A stretch of DNA of 63,268 nt, counting the filler, from Choristocarpus tenellus KU-1152 (taxonomy: Eukaryota > Protista > Phaeophyceae), in NCBI GenBank assembly GCA_964200185.2. It is 9 parts of 9 records of this genome, joined end to end, with 100 filler letters (N's around TTAATTAATTAA, not from the genome) between each part and the next. Parts side by side here need not be neighbours in the genome. Positions count along the whole stretch, not along the records: positions 13,417 to 21,602 come from CAXNAD020005030.1; positions 21,703 to 28,260 come from CAXNAD020007872.1; 7 more parts are not named here. The stretch is one strand, 5' to 3'. A model generated the notes under the pieces. That model ran no database searches, had not been told where the DNA came from, and worked only from the letters and a program-made list of their open reading frames with translations. The position numbers and the translations under genes are program-made. The first letter of the stretch is position 1. Every line of letters starts with the position of its first letter. This document shows, piece by piece, positions 13,767 to 27,555 of the stretch.

Positions 13767-14100
13767 AAAAATCTCTGGAACAAGAGGCTGAACCTCAGCA
13801 GACCATAGAACAAAGCCTACTCTCATGCTTATAATGCCCTGTTCCTTTTGAAGTCGTCTACAAAGGATTTACCGGTCCCAAGGGTTGAAACCGTATTTTA
13901 GCATGTGGTTGAAATCTTATGGTGCTAGCCCGGAGGCTATCACTATTTGTGTGACATCGAGAGGAAATGCATCATCGTCGCTTTTCAGCATAGGTGCTGA
14001 CTTAGAGGTGTTCAGTCATAATCCGACGGATGGTTGGTTTGGGGCACTGCCCTTTTAGGCAACCCTATAAACCAATTATCGGAACCAACAGTTACTCCTA
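13767..14100 (-). pseudogene. Degenerate 3' end of nuclear 28S (LSU) rDNA, from the sarcin-ricin loop to the 3' terminus; 13417-13766 possibly 3'ETS/IGS
   Basis: Minus strand reads CCATCCGTCGGATTATGACTGAACACCTCTAAGTCAG, TAAATCCTTTGTAGACGACTT and GAGAGTAGG...TCTGCTGAGGTTCAGCC, matching conserved LSU 3' motifs with substitutions. Confidence 0.88.
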
Positions 14101-14663
14101 TAAGTCTGTGCCGTTAAATTGTATCTCTTCAAGGTGACCTTATATTACAAAACGGATTTTTGCGTTGGATTCCTTAGAATAACTACATTAAATTGTTATG
14201 TTAATTATGTATAACCTTTATTCGACACTATCGATCCACCAATCCAGCGCCCCATTGTAGGCGACTCGGTCTACTTTGACTGCTCTAGCCAACACGCCCT
14301 CCCACTACCTTTTTTTGGTCCCTGTATGCTCTACCTCGAAATCGTTCCCCCCCAGCACTCTTAATACCTGATGGTACCTCTTTAACAGACTTTGCTGCAC
14401 CATCTCGAGTGTGTCGGCGTCATACGCGTGGAACATGCTCTTTACCCCGTCTGCAAGGTCATCAATCGTGTGCAGGGAATTGTGAAGTTGCTTACCATTG
14501 GAAGTTGCGTGCATGTTACCTCGGCAGTGATGGTTTTGAAGGTCATCCTTTCACTGTTGTCAAGCAGGTCGTATGTACCTCCTCTATCCCCCTCCCACGT
14601 CTGTTTTATTAACATCTGTAGCATAGCTGCTCTATCATTGTTCTCTATGAGTGTGTTTCCCAT
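14101..14663 (-). mobile_element. Plant-type (DD39D) mariner transposase C-terminal relic
   Basis: TIDDLADGVKSMFHAYDADTLEMVQQSLLKRYHQVLRVLGGNDFEVEHTG matches the IDELI..V..AF...GGN.Y...H C-terminus; catalytic core missing. Confidence 0.65.
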
Positions 14664-15654
14664 TTAGTGCAAACTCGGCTTTGGCCACTACAGTACAGTT
14701 CGTAATACAACTGTTCAAAGTCAGTTTCATGCTGGACTGATTGGATTTTTAGAGTTGATTTGCTGCTTAACCGAACTCTGAAAGTGCAAGGTATACAACT
14801 TGGAGTTCGTTTTCTTCCTCACAGGCTGGAGGAAGGCGTATTTATTTGTCTGTACTTCAAACCATGGACTGATTGGCCCCTACTACGATACTACGCCCTG
14901 TATACTTCAAAAAGCAAATATTATCGTATTTTTGGGCATTTGTCATACAGCCAACACATTTAATTGCAAGAAGTATATATATGTACTATCAATACTGCGT
15001 TTGGTTGACATGCACACAAAAATACACTGTAATATCCTCCCTCCTCCTCTCTCCATGTGATTGGAAATTATTCCAGGAGATAGAGAGGCTTCTTTTAGTT
15101 GAAAAGACAACCATAGAGTGCAGTTTAGCAAAGGGATCATACCCACCAAGCTGACACCACAACATATGCACATCACCCTTGCCATCACTTTACCTGTACC
15201 TCTCTATATCCCCTTCCATATACGTGCATTTTTTTCTGAAACTCAGGATGCACAAAATGCGGACTTTATGTCCCATCCTACAAGAGGATGCATGAAGCTC
15301 TTCACTGACTGCCTGGTCTGCTGGTTTTCATAGGGGTGGAACGTCTACTGTAGCCATACCGAAAGGCTCCAAGTAATATATATTTAAGAAAAAGTTATTT
15401 TTCCGTGACGCGTCCCCAATTATTGGCTTGGGGAGATGTGGAGGAACGTAGTATGAGGTCGTTTTGCATTGACTTCTATATACTGCTATATGAAGTATCA
15501 GATTAGGCGATGAGGAAATATCTCCATAATTAATCATTTCTTTTCTTGCAACATAATTGAGCGACTTGTATGTTGCTCGTACATCAGTACCCCTCTGTTT
15601 GCAATGCGTGCATTATCTAGTGTTTCCTTCAATGCCCCAGGCTCCCCAAGCAAG

Positions 15655-15918
15655 GATTGAAAGCATCTTAGAGGGGACGGGTTTTGCCCTGTTTGTCCTT
15701 TTGGGGCTTGGCTTCCCACGAGGTTTTATGATATTTTCCTACTCTGAAATGTTTCGGAGTAGGTAAAATGTATACGTTTGGAGTAGGTATCATGTGCATA
15801 TCCGGAACAACGATATTGACACTTACAAACAAACACTTAGCCGAAATTATATCAAAATCGCAACATTGGATTTGGCCCCCAAACGGACGCGGTTCTACCC
15901 TCTAAGATACTTTGACTC
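15655..15918. mobile_element. MITE family A copy
   Basis: Same internal sequence and TIRs; degenerate left end. Confidence 0.9.
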
Positions 15919-16413
15919 AATGGTCTATTTACTAACGGCTAGTTGGCCATTACTTATTGGTCTTTCCACCGCCACCGCCACCACCACTACTCTTCAACCC
16001 CACCTCCTTCAACACATATACACGCATATGCACCAAGACAAAGGTGGAGACGCCTATGAGACAGTAAGTTTACCTGGACACAAGGGCTACAACTTTAGAC
16101 CTACATAACAAAAAATATCCCATGCATATGTATGCATATGTATACATAACCAAGTACTGAGTACTTCAAAGCGCCATTGAAATTCTTGAGCAAGTTTGTT
16201 CAGTGGGACTTGATACACAACACTAAAATAACCACGGGGAATACCAATAATCGAAAGTGTAACCTCAGTGAGCAACCATCAATTCCTCTCGCTCTATCAA
16301 AGACTATTCCGCCTACCACTGAACGACATTTTTACGGCAGCAACCCACTGAATTTATCCGTTTTTGATCCGTAACCTCCTTGATTTCGTTCCTGATTTCT
16401 TTAAGTACAGTAA

Positions 16414-16672
16414 GAGCCATAGTATCTTAGAGGGTAGAGCTGCGTCCATTTGGGGCCCAAAATCCAATTCGGCGATTTTGATGTGATTTTGGCTATTGTG
16501 TTTGTTAGGAAGTGTGAAAATCCATGTTCCTGACACACCTTTTCATAACGTATACATTTTACCTACTCTGAAACATTCTGGAGTAGGAAAACGCTATAAA
16601 AAAAGAAATGGGAAGCTAAGCCCCAAATGGACCAACAGGGCAAAACTCGCACCCTCTAAAATACTTTCACTC
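16414..16672. mobile_element. MITE family A copy, TSD GTAA
   Basis: TIRs, 4-bp direct repeat GTAA. Confidence 0.92.
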
Positions 16673-17285
16673 GTAATATCGATACATGTGCACATGTTTC
16701 ACTACTGGTTGTACAGGAGGAACCTGAAGGGGGGTTTTGCGTTCCTTAGACTATGTAGGCATGTTGTGCTAACAGGACTATGCTGACATTAATGCTACTG
16801 CTACTGCTTCTGCAGGGGAACCGCACATGATATGCTGTATTTGAGTATCATGTGAAGATATAATCCACTGAAAGGTATTTGGCAGTCTGTTGTCGCAGTT
16901 TGACTCTTGTTATTTTTTTAATTATATATTTGGAAGTATATGTTGTCGTCATCTGGATTCGTGACATCTGTGACACAGTCAGATTGTTCTGAAACTGTCA
17001 TAATGTTGGACATGCAGGTGCATTGAATCATAATGCATGATAGGGTATGACCTACATTGTACTTCAAGTGAATGTGAATATTTAGCCTGCTCTTCTTTAA
17101 TACTTCCAATATAGTACAAAGTAGTGCATGGAAAAAATATCGATGCAATTCCTCAAAACACTCCTACACTATTCAAGCCATCCTATGTTAGTGGCGGTCT
17201 ATTTGGGCCCTTCCGAGTGCCCCAGAGTAATTAGTCCTTCTTAAACCTTTTGCCTCCTGACACTTCATGTACTTACCCAAATGCA

Positions 17286-17544
17286 GAGCCAAATTATCTC
17301 AGAGGGTAGAGCCGTGTCCATTTGGGATCAAAATCCAATGTTGCAATTTTGATGTAACTTTGGCTATCATGTTCGTGAGGAAATGTCAATATCTATGTTT
17401 CGGACACACCTTTTCATAAAATTATATACTTTACCTACTCCTAATCATTTTGGACTAGGAAAATGTCATAAAAGAATCGATGGGAAGCCAAGCCCCAAAT
17501 GGACAAACAGGGCAAAACTCGTACCCTCTAAGATACTTTCACTC
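17286..17544. mobile_element. MITE family A copy, TSD TGCA
   Basis: TIRs, 4-bp direct repeat. Confidence 0.92.
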
Positions 17545-18259
17545 TGCAACTAACCCCCCTAAAAAAGGCTGTGGCTGCAGGAGATAAGACGAGCATTTGC
17601 CAACATCTGCACAGAAAAAAACTTCAGATTGTTAGAGACGCACAAGCAGTTCAAGGGAGATACAAGGATCTCAAGCACTCAGTGACAACCCCTGTAAAAT
17701 AGGTACTCAATTAAGTAGAGAGAGTGTCACACCATTACATAATGTGGGGTTGTCCGATGTGTGTGTAGTATTCCAAGGCAAATGTACTTGTTTACCTTCA
17801 ATCCTCCTGCACTCGTTGTAACTAGGAAAGAGACAAGAAAATATGTGAAGTTGAACAATGACTGGCAAGTGCGGTGTCAGCAGTCCACCCCAATTCCTCC
17901 TCACAACAACAACGACACGTGAGTACATTACAAAACGTTTCAAAGGCCAAGGCATATATAGCGCGCGTGAGAGATTGATCCTATCACAGGAGTAATCACA
18001 GATGAGTAGCTGGTGAATACAAAAGTTCTTGTGAGAGTAAGCTAAGTACAAATGTGGTGGAGGAGTTGACAAAGTGATAGTAAATGTGTGAAACTCCTTT
18101 CTTGGCACATTAGTAGCAGTATATAGTTGGGAGACTACTTGCACAAATCACACATCACGCACAGGGCTGTGACTCAGGTTGATATATTTGATCACATGCT
18201 TGGAACAATGGAGATAAAGTAGGAACCAACTAAAAAAAATATTATACTCCAGGGTAAAA

Positions 18260-19056
18260 TATGTTGAAACCTGGATTTCCATTAAATCATGGTTTCTTGT
18301 GTTGTGGCTAGCTTGTGGTGAAGAGGTATCATAGCGCAATAAAGCACCGGTATATTTGTTCTAGTAGATCCGACGACATGAGCCAAAGTATCTTAGAGGG
18401 TAGAGCCGCGCCCAATTGGGGTCCAAAATCCGATGTTGCAATTTTGATGTAACTCTGGCTATCATGTTTGCTAGGAAGTGCCAATATCCTTGTTCCGGAC
18501 ACACCTTTTCATAATGTATGCATTTTACCTACTCCGAAATATTTTCGAGTAGGAAAATGTCATAAAAGGAGACCATGGGAAGCCAAGCCCCAAATGGACA
18601 AACAGGAGAAAACTCGTACCCTCTAAGATACTTCCACTCACATGTTTTGCTCAATCAGATTATGACTGATGTGAAAGTGTGGTCATTCATTGAGGCGCTC
18701 AAATGAAGAAACGCATACTCTGTGAACAGGCTTGTCACCTTGACGGAGAAGGGTTCTGAGGATGTTATAACTCTGTAAAACAAAGCAAAGGAGTAGCCTA
18801 TGTTTTAACAAAATATATGGAAAGGTTAGGGGATATTTTAACGAACAGCAATGTTTCCAAATACGACTTGGCTGCATACATCACCTTGAGCCAAATAGAA
18901 TGCCTTGCAGTATCACACATCCCCTCAATCTTGACACGTCTAGTAGAGTGCACACGTGCAGGGAGGGGTCGGCCTGTTGAAGTAATTCTGCAACAAAAGA
19001 GAAGGGTTGGGTTTAGGAAGGGGGGGGTCAAGAAAATGTTTGCAGCAAGCGGGTGA
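18260..19056 (+). pseudogene. Decayed intronless ORF of unknown family, with inverted paralog at ~20680-21150
   Basis: Long frame broken mostly by TGA stops and a MITE; aligns at nucleotide level to reverse complement of 20.7-21.15 kb. Confidence 0.5.
18380..18639. mobile_element. MITE family A copy, TSD ACAT
   Basis: TIRs, 4-bp TSD; empty-site paralog on minus strand at ~21000-21080. Confidence 0.93.
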
Positions 19057-21443
19057 AGGCATGCAGGATAAATGGGCTCCGTGTTTGTTAATAGAAAGTG
19101 CTCAAAATTACTTCGTTTGCCTGAAATGAATTACATAGCTGTGCTTCAATCAATGCGTGGCTAGTCTTACAAACAGGTTGTGGAAACATAGGTCCAACTA
19201 GGTAGAGGTAGTGGGCAATCCTGAGTGTGTTATATACACAATAAAAATAAATAAGTGCTTGGTCTCGTTTCCTGTGTAATGTGTTGTGTTCTTCAGCAAA
19301 CGCCCGAGTCCATATTTTCTTTAATACTTTTGTAGTAATGCCCGTTGTCGGGACAAATAAGTGTGACAGTTGTCGGGGCCAGTAATCTTATTTGGATGGA
19401 ATACTTATATCTAGATACTGCTATTTGTTACAACTTCTAATGCTAAAAACGTTTCGGGTTGTGTCGAGACCTTGGTAGTTAAGAGTTACGTTGTGCATGC
19501 GAGCGATGTGTTACTTTAAAAGTCTTGAATTCCAAACTATCACGAAGAGGAATCGTGTGAGACTTGTTAGCCTGTCTTAAACTTGAATTACATGACTCGT
19601 TGGTTCTCGTGAAGTGATCTGTCTAGAGGCTTGGGGTCTTGAAAAGCGAAGAGGTGACATAGTGCACAGAACTGGCGGAATTCAATGAGATGCATCTTGT
19701 GACATGCGCTGTGAAGATGTGAAGAGACTGATTAGATACCGTGGAGCACAGCACTATTCAGTGCCTTGGTCCAGGATGGTGATGCATGCTGTGAGTAGAG
19801 GCTTGTGGATGTATTAACCCTGAATATATCATCCAGATGCGTGTCAAAGTACACTTACGGCAGAGTGACTTGGAGGTCATGACAGGGGCCAACACCTTAT
19901 AAGAAGAAACTGTAATAGGAGATACAAGGGTTTGATCTCTCTACGAGAAAAAAAGTAAAACAGACTCAAGTCTAATTCTAAGTTAACTCATGTGTGTCCC
20001 ATACTGACTAAGTTTGTATGTCAAAGAATATCTACCAAATGTGCCAGACTTACTTTAAACCATTCAAAGTGCAACGGTATGTCATCATATATACTGTACA
20101 GGGCTGCATGAGATGTGGATACTTACCAACTAAAGAACCATTAATAGTGGACAGACCAACGGTCGACTAGTTGATGGTACTAAGTATATCTAGGGATCAC
20201 AGAATGAGTAGCCTATGTTTCAACACAATACTGATTTAGTATTTACCAATTAAATACTGAGAGTGTGAGCAACGACGATATAATTCCATGAATGCGTGGG
20301 TTCATCGTGCTGGTCGACATCACGCATAGAATGTATGGCTGACTCCACTATGTTTAAACATAGGCTACTCATTCGATCCGTTATGATACGATGCAGCATC
20401 GTCAGCTCACACTGAATGTTGACTTGTCCATTATACTGGTCGCTATTTCCATTCCCATCGATAGCTCATCATCACAACTTACTCAACTACCGTAACAACA
20501 TCACAGTGCATAGGACGCATAGGAACAGTCGCTACCCATCATACGCACAGGCATACTATGTGCCACATTAGTTGCCTTAGATATGGATTCAAGCTTGTCT
20601 TTTGTTTCTTCTTAGATTTTTTCCTCTTCTTCTTCTTCACACAGGAAGTTATCAGTTGCATAGCATGTGTTGATCAATATTTTACTTGACTGGCATTGCC
20701 CCCTCAGAAGACATCCTATTCGCTCTGCCATACGTGTAACACATACGCCAGGATGCAATATAAACAGAGTTAAAACCATCCTTCGACATCCTTCCCAGTC
20801 AAGGTGATAACCCTCTTCATAGAGGATGAATTTTCTTCATTTGAGCGTCTCAATGAATGACCACTCACTTTCTATCAATCATAGTCTGCTTGAGTAAAAC
20901 ATCCCTTCAGACGCACCAGACCGAACCCGCAGGTGTCTTGTTGCACTATGACACACACCTGTCTCTAAACATGTTAATCACCGCACAACCAAACATACTT
21001 TCACATCGAACATTGTCTGATTGAGTAAAACAAGCCATCAGACCTACCGGAACAAATTCATCAGTGCTTTATTGCACTACGATCCTCTCCGCCATAAACC
21101 AGACACATCACAACAATACACAACTCATTCGATTCAGGTTTCAACACACTACAACTGCACTATCAAGGATGTTCTATCAGCAGTTGTGCCCGTACGGTGA
21201 TCTGATGACCAGCTGGTATACTGTAGCGGATATGTAAACGGACGGGTCCAGGGTCAAAATCTATTGCACATTTTGAATAGCTTCGCTCAGGAAAGACTTG
21301 TCGCCACGAGCTGCTTGTGGGTTTCATGGTGAACATACAATTATAATTATCTGATGGGTTCCTGCCTTAGCCATCGCCTAATATACAAAGTCTCACTCAT
21401 CATACCGAACATTACATAAACGTACATGAAACTGTTACACGAT

Positions 21444-21602
21444 GGCTCAAAGTATCTGGGGGGGTTGGTGGTTGTCCATTTGGGGCCAATTTTTTCATGT
21501 TGCGATTTTTAAGTGATCCGTTGCATACGTCGGAAGGATAATATAAGTGCACTTTTTCTGATTTTTGTCAAAATGGGCACCCTGGTGTAGACTCCCCCCC
21601 CC
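21444..21602. mobile_element. MITE family B (~180 bp; TIR GGCTCAAAGTATCTGGGGGG), truncated at contig end
   Basis: Matches copies at 27377, 36842, 45871, 62370. Confidence 0.85.
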
Positions 21603-21786
21603 NNNNNNNNNNNNNNNNNNNNNNNNNNNNNNNNNNNNNNNNNNNNTTAATTAATTAANNNNNNNNNNNNNNNNNNNNNNNNNNNNNNNNNNNNNNNNNN
21701 NNGCTTCATAGCTTTATGTATTTTTCTTTTTTTAGCTCTCAACAACCTGCCCCCCACCCCCACCCCCTGATGCTGCTGTGGATCAG

Positions 21787-23221
21787 AGGAGCAAGAGGAG
21801 GATGCAGAGGCACAGGAGATCCCTCTCCCCAATGTGAAGGCATCTGTTCTCTCCAAGGTAGTTTGACTTGCTTTATGTCTACTGGATATGTTTGGTTTTC
21901 TGTGTTTAAAAATTGAGGCTAATAGTTAATTTTTTGTATTCCAGTCCTTAACTCATTGGTCTCATATCTGACTTTTTTTTCCCGAATTATCAGCAGTCTA
22001 CAACTATACAAGAGGTGTTAGTGGCTACGGTCAAGTTCTGTTTTTGTGTAGATATGTTTGTGGTAGGTATTTTTTGCCAACTGCCTTTGCTTGTGTATGT
22101 TTATGCATGAGCTACTCGCATAGAGGTGTAAAAAGACCATGCTTTTGTATGTGCTTCATGGTATGTTTTCAGTTGAAAGCTGGAATTGAGATTTGAACTA
22201 TGAGAATGTGTACAAGACAGGATTGGCAGACTTGGTTGTAGTAAGGTTTGCAGGAAACATGGTATTTTTAATTTTAAGTCTTTTGAGAGGTTCTGACAGT
22301 CTGCATCGTTCTCTTGTTCATTACAAATAAGTTTTTTGTAGTTGAGATCAGTAGATTATTATGTTGCGTGTATGTTGCTGTTAGGCGCATACAATACTCC
22401 TTACTTGAACCTCCCTCTCTGCCAGGTAATTGAATTCTGTGTGCACTACAAGGAGGACCCTATGAATGATATTGAGAAGCCTCTCAAGAGTGCGAACATG
22501 CATGAGGTAGTGCAGGAGTGGTACGCAAAGTTTGTTGAGGTGAGTGACTACAATTGTACAGCACAGATGTATTTCATGAGGTGCTCGTCGCCTTCAATGT
22601 ACTAATACTTCTTTCAGAGATATTTTATTTCCCTGTCGCTATGTATAGCAGGTTAAGACATCTTCTCATCTTAAAAAATTTAGTGGTTTGAAAGCTGAAT
22701 TTTGTCAAGGAACTTTATTATTTTTACTGTTTTAACTGTTTTGTGCATCGGGCTGACACACCTGAGTCAATCCTACCGTTGCCATGATCAAATCAGGTGC
22801 CCCAGGAAACTTTGTTTGAGCTTATCTTGGCAGCAAACTATATGGACATTAAGCCCTTGCTTGATCTCACCTGTGCTACTGTGGCGTCCATGATCAAGGT
22901 ATGAAGACTTGTTGCTGGTAGGATGTTTCCTTTCCGGTGGGGTTGCAATGCTCATTATTGTAGCTGTGATGTGGTTTACCCATGTAAAAAGTATGAAGAA
23001 TGCGTTACATCTCCAACATGCTATAACGAACACAAATTACTACTACTTCACAATGGATTACTTCAATCCTGCATCCAATACTCACACGTATATAACTTCT
23101 TTTGTTGCAACAGGGTAAGACTGCGGAGGAGATCCGTAAGACATTCAACATTGTTAATGATTTCACACCAGAAGAAGAGGCACAAGTGCGGGAGGAGAAC
23201 AAATGGTGTGAGGACGCATAA
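21787..23221 (+). CDS. SKP1: S-phase kinase-associated protein 1 (SCF adaptor), 5' partial; exons 21787-21857, 22426-22539, 22797-22898, 23114-23221
   Basis: [14 protein letters not shown]|[25 protein letters not shown]...|[34 protein letters not shown]|[35 protein letters not shown]; all GT-AG and in phase. Confidence 0.97.
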
Positions 23222-26200
23222 GAAATATGCAATGTAAAGGAGAGTAGTTGAATGGGGGGAAAGAGGATATTTTACACCGTAGCAGGGATTGAGTGCACTC
23301 AGTGGCCTTCTTACAAGCATGTGCCTCGCATTGGTCCCCCTGCCCCCAACCCCCCCACCACCCTCCACATGATGTATTTTGTTTGAGTCATGATGAGTGC
23401 GGTTGAAAATTCTCATCGGCTGCCTTGTGGCAGTACCGATATGTGAGGTGAGTGGGATTGAAAGTTGGACTTGGCTGATCCTGAGGGTAGTTGCTCTCTG
23501 CTACAAGAGAGGTTTGGACTATGTGATGTTCCAGACAGCTGAATGGGCTCCTCAATGCTCAAGTCCTTCATATGGGGAATTGGAGATACATTTTTGAGAG
23601 TACAGGTAGGGAAGTCTGCTTGTTGTGAAGAGATTCTAAAACCGAAATAGTTTGATAATCAACAGGGTCTAACTTCCCGGTGTATTTTTTCACGCAGTTG
23701 CCAGCCTGGAGCCAACGGGTTGCATAAAGAAGAAATAGTGTAGCTCTTGTGAGCATCAATGTAGGCTGTTGTTTTTGTGTCAAGATCGTTTGTGTACTTG
23801 TGACTGTATTACCCCAGAGTACTTGTTAGTAACTAGGGGAGAGAGAGATCCCACCCTTTGACTACAAGGCTTGAAGAAGGGAATTGTAAGGGTGACTTTT
23901 GTCGGAGAGGTAGAAGGCGGTACTTTCACTTGGTGTGTTGGCGGCAGTGTGGTATTGTAACCAGAATGCTACGGCTCTATCCACTCTCATGCCTCCAAGC
24001 ACAAGAGAACTGCATGAGGGAAACCATGCACAACACTTCTGAGATAAGAATGCTGGGTATTTTTATGGGAGGGATTACGAGGCTATTGGTAAAAGGTGTT
24101 GTCTCAAAAGTACTTCTGGGTGACGGATATCTAGAGTACAACCGGAAGAGATGGCCAAGCCAGCCTAAGGAGGTTCAAATGGTGAGCTGCTGGACAGGTC
24201 CTGTGACATGGGAGGACCTTCCTTGCTTAGTGTTGACATAGTAATTGGTGTATGGTTTTCCAGCTGGCACCTTGGCATTTGACCAGAACATGTACAGTAC
24301 ACCTGCTTCCCCACACCAATAAAACTCCTTGCACACAATCTACTTTTTTATCTTCTCAGGAAGAGGGATAGATGCATGATGAGTAAAAAAACCCATTATT
24401 TTTTGTAGTTTTTTAGATGGCAGACAATTGTAGGGAAATCATATGAATTTGCCTATCGTCAGAGGCTTTATTCATGATGTACTCGGAGTATGTATTTATA
24501 TCCATCACTTTGAAGTACATAGCCATGCACTTTTGATGACACTGGAGTTTTCTAAACCCAATGGGATACACTTGAATGATGTGAAGTTTGTTTTAGGAGT
24601 ATACCTTTCGTGTTGTATATGCAAGTGTACGTCATGTCTAAAAGACAAATAATTTTGCTAACTTTATCTTAAACCAGAGACCACAGAAAGAATATTCACC
24701 AGACCAAATTTAACAGGAGCATATTCTTTTTTTATGGAGTGTGCCATTTATGAAGCTTGCTTGTGGATTCTCTCAACTGCATTATCTTTCAAACAAGAGC
24801 ATTAGATCTTTAGATCTTGTAGAAAGGGGGATTTTTGTGGATCTTGCATGGCTTAACTTTGGTGCAGGTGCTGGGAGGAATAAATAGAGGTGGCACTGCT
24901 ACCATGTGTTTTGCCTTTCAAGCTATTTGTGGTGGTCCCTGCATCACCAATGGAGCAAATAACCCAACATGTCTTCAGGATCGGATGAAGTTTACATGTT
25001 GCGATATCTTAAAGATGCTGAAATTTTTATTGGTGCTGAGCGTGTATAATGCTATGAATAGTGTTGGTGGTGGTATCAAAAGTCTTGATGGTACTAGTTG
25101 ATTAGAATTCAAATGAGTGCACATATTAGTGTGTAAGTGAGGTACCGTATGGAAATATTTAGAAGAGTGTACATGAAAAACCTGCTCTGGAGTATTAGGA
25201 CACCTGATAACCGACCCAGCCAATAAGTTCTATACCTTTTTGCTACATCATCTTTGAAGTAGCATTGGCTGAATCATAGTGATTCAAAACAACTCCTTCA
25301 AATATTAATGCTAATATGTTCTCAATCTTTGGGCTTTACATAATAACAATAGGCAACAAGTCACACCCTGAACATCGTGAATCTATCTTCCAAAAAAAAT
25401 GCGAAGGTGTAGCCTGGAACATAGGTGTACTATGTGTTAATCGTATATGGTGATTGTGCCGTTATCATCAGAGTGACAAGAACATGCCACCGCCACTCTC
25501 CTGGTCGCTCGTCAAGTCCACCTATTCACTACTCTGTTCCCCTTCAATTAGAAAATAGCATTACCTACATGCAATAAGTAGAATTTTCAAATAGACACAC
25601 CAAAGCAATTTATCTTCTGTTCGACTATGCTACAAGTAGGGGAGGGCTTATGTCACATTTGCTTTCAGTCAACTATATTTACTAATGTGTTTTAAACAAT
25701 TGTTGACTGATCAGTATTAACCGTATCACTTGAGTCGTGTTACATAATGCAAGGAAAATTCTTGCTGTATGGGGTAGCTCAATTCATTCTGAGAGGATAC
25801 GGGTTCCTTCAAAACATAGGTTAGACAAACAAGTAGGCATGGAATTTACCAGTACAGGTCTGGGTAGACTCTGCAAAAAACTAGAGATTTACATGGTTGT
25901 AACATGATTTGGGGGTTCTATCACGCAAGCGTAACATAAAAATAGGGTGTATTGAGTATGGAGGGGTTGAAAAAAAAGCTCTATGGCATAAAACGGTATA
26001 AATGCGAATACCTCTCAGTCACTGGTGGTAGGTAGTGTGGTGTGTACACAATAAAGCACCGCTACCTGTGTACTATAATGCATACTCATGAAGTCTCCCG
26101 GTGCGCAACATGACAATGTTAATGTAATGCATGCAGATGACACAGACAGATGGCGGTGTATCTGGGATTGTTTGAAGTATGTAGCACTATTTCTACTTTC

Positions 26201-27376
26201 AAGGAACATATATTTTAATGGAGGTCACTCTGACCCTTTCATCGTTTTAACCTGACTACTTGTTCATGACGCCCCAAAACAGTCGTCAGATCGCAGTTCC
26301 TTGTCTGTTGCTTGGAGGTCGTTCCTGAGTAAGGATGTCCAAAGGTTTGCCCTCAGGCATATCCAACATTGCTCTTTAGGACTAGCGAATGCGTATCAGT
26401 TTGGAACTCTATGGTGCGAAATGTTTTCTAGGGTGGGCGAGAAAAAAGGGGCATATTGGGGGGGGGGGGAGGACTTAACAGACAGAAAACAGGTAGGCAG
26501 GGAAACTGAGGGGTTCTATGCTTGCGTAAGTATCCAGATAGGCTTGGAGAAGCGATAGTCATGGAAAAGGGTGTTGCTACTGCTTGCTTTAGTGATAATC
26601 ATCTCATGTATTTATGGTTAGACAAATAATTGGACTCCTCCACAAACTTCAGATGACGCTATTTCTAAGACCAAGCAGTTTATAGTCATTCCCCTCTTGC
26701 AAAGAGAATACATGCCAAAGTGTACCCCAGCTATTCTGGATCACTTTGGGGAATAGAGCTCAAATGTGTTCTTAACATAAGCGAGGAGGGTGAAGGACGT
26801 GTCGAAATGCGCAGCTTCCTCAATAAGTCCCTGCCCTCTGCTCCAAATGTAGAGCTTGAAGGATGCCATCACCCTGTGTCATACACTGTATTTTTTCTCG
26901 TATTGTGAGCAGAAGATAGTAACTCTTTCTTGTTGGTGTTTCCAAAGGACCTTTCTGTATGAAATGCAGACTCTATATTGTTGCTGTGTTGTGCTCTCTT
27001 GACTTCACGTTACTATTATTGTTGTGCTTGTTGTATTGTCTGCTTTATGTTGCCTCCTTTTCCCATCACCATGACATCGCAAAAAAGTCAGTGGGCATAA
27101 TAAAAAAAAGAACAATAATAATAGCAATAATACTACTAATATTAGTACATTCTTTTACTGAACGCACACACACATATATATCCACAAATCCAGTGTCAAT
27201 CGCATTTTATTATAAGTATATTTGGAGCTCGAGTATATGCAAACAGCCCGTAAAATATTATCACCCCAACCGAGTTAAACCCAGGCATACACTAGGCACT
27301 ATGAGACTGGATGGGTGAAGTAAGTATTGCTATCAAATTCCACCTTCTGTGATTGCCACCTTCATGAGTGGAGGAC

Positions 27377-27555
27377 GGCCCAAAGTATCTGGGGGGGGGG
27401 GAGGTCTACACCAGAGTGTTCATTTGAACCAAAACCAGGAAAAGCGCACTTTCATTATCCACCCAACGTATGGAACCAAATCACCAAAAAATCGTGACAT
27501 GAAAAAATTGGTCCCAAATGGACAGCCGCCACCCCCCCCCCAAATACTTTGAGCC
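27377..27555. mobile_element. MITE family B full copy, TSD GGAC
   Basis: GGCCCAAAGTATCTGGGG...CCCCAAATACTTTGAGCC with 4-bp direct repeat. Confidence 0.9.

Noticed and set aside
15534-16786. Recurrent ORF motifs such as YPLRYF, SILEG, PSKIL across many short ORFs
   Set aside because: Translations of the MITE TIRs, not a protein family
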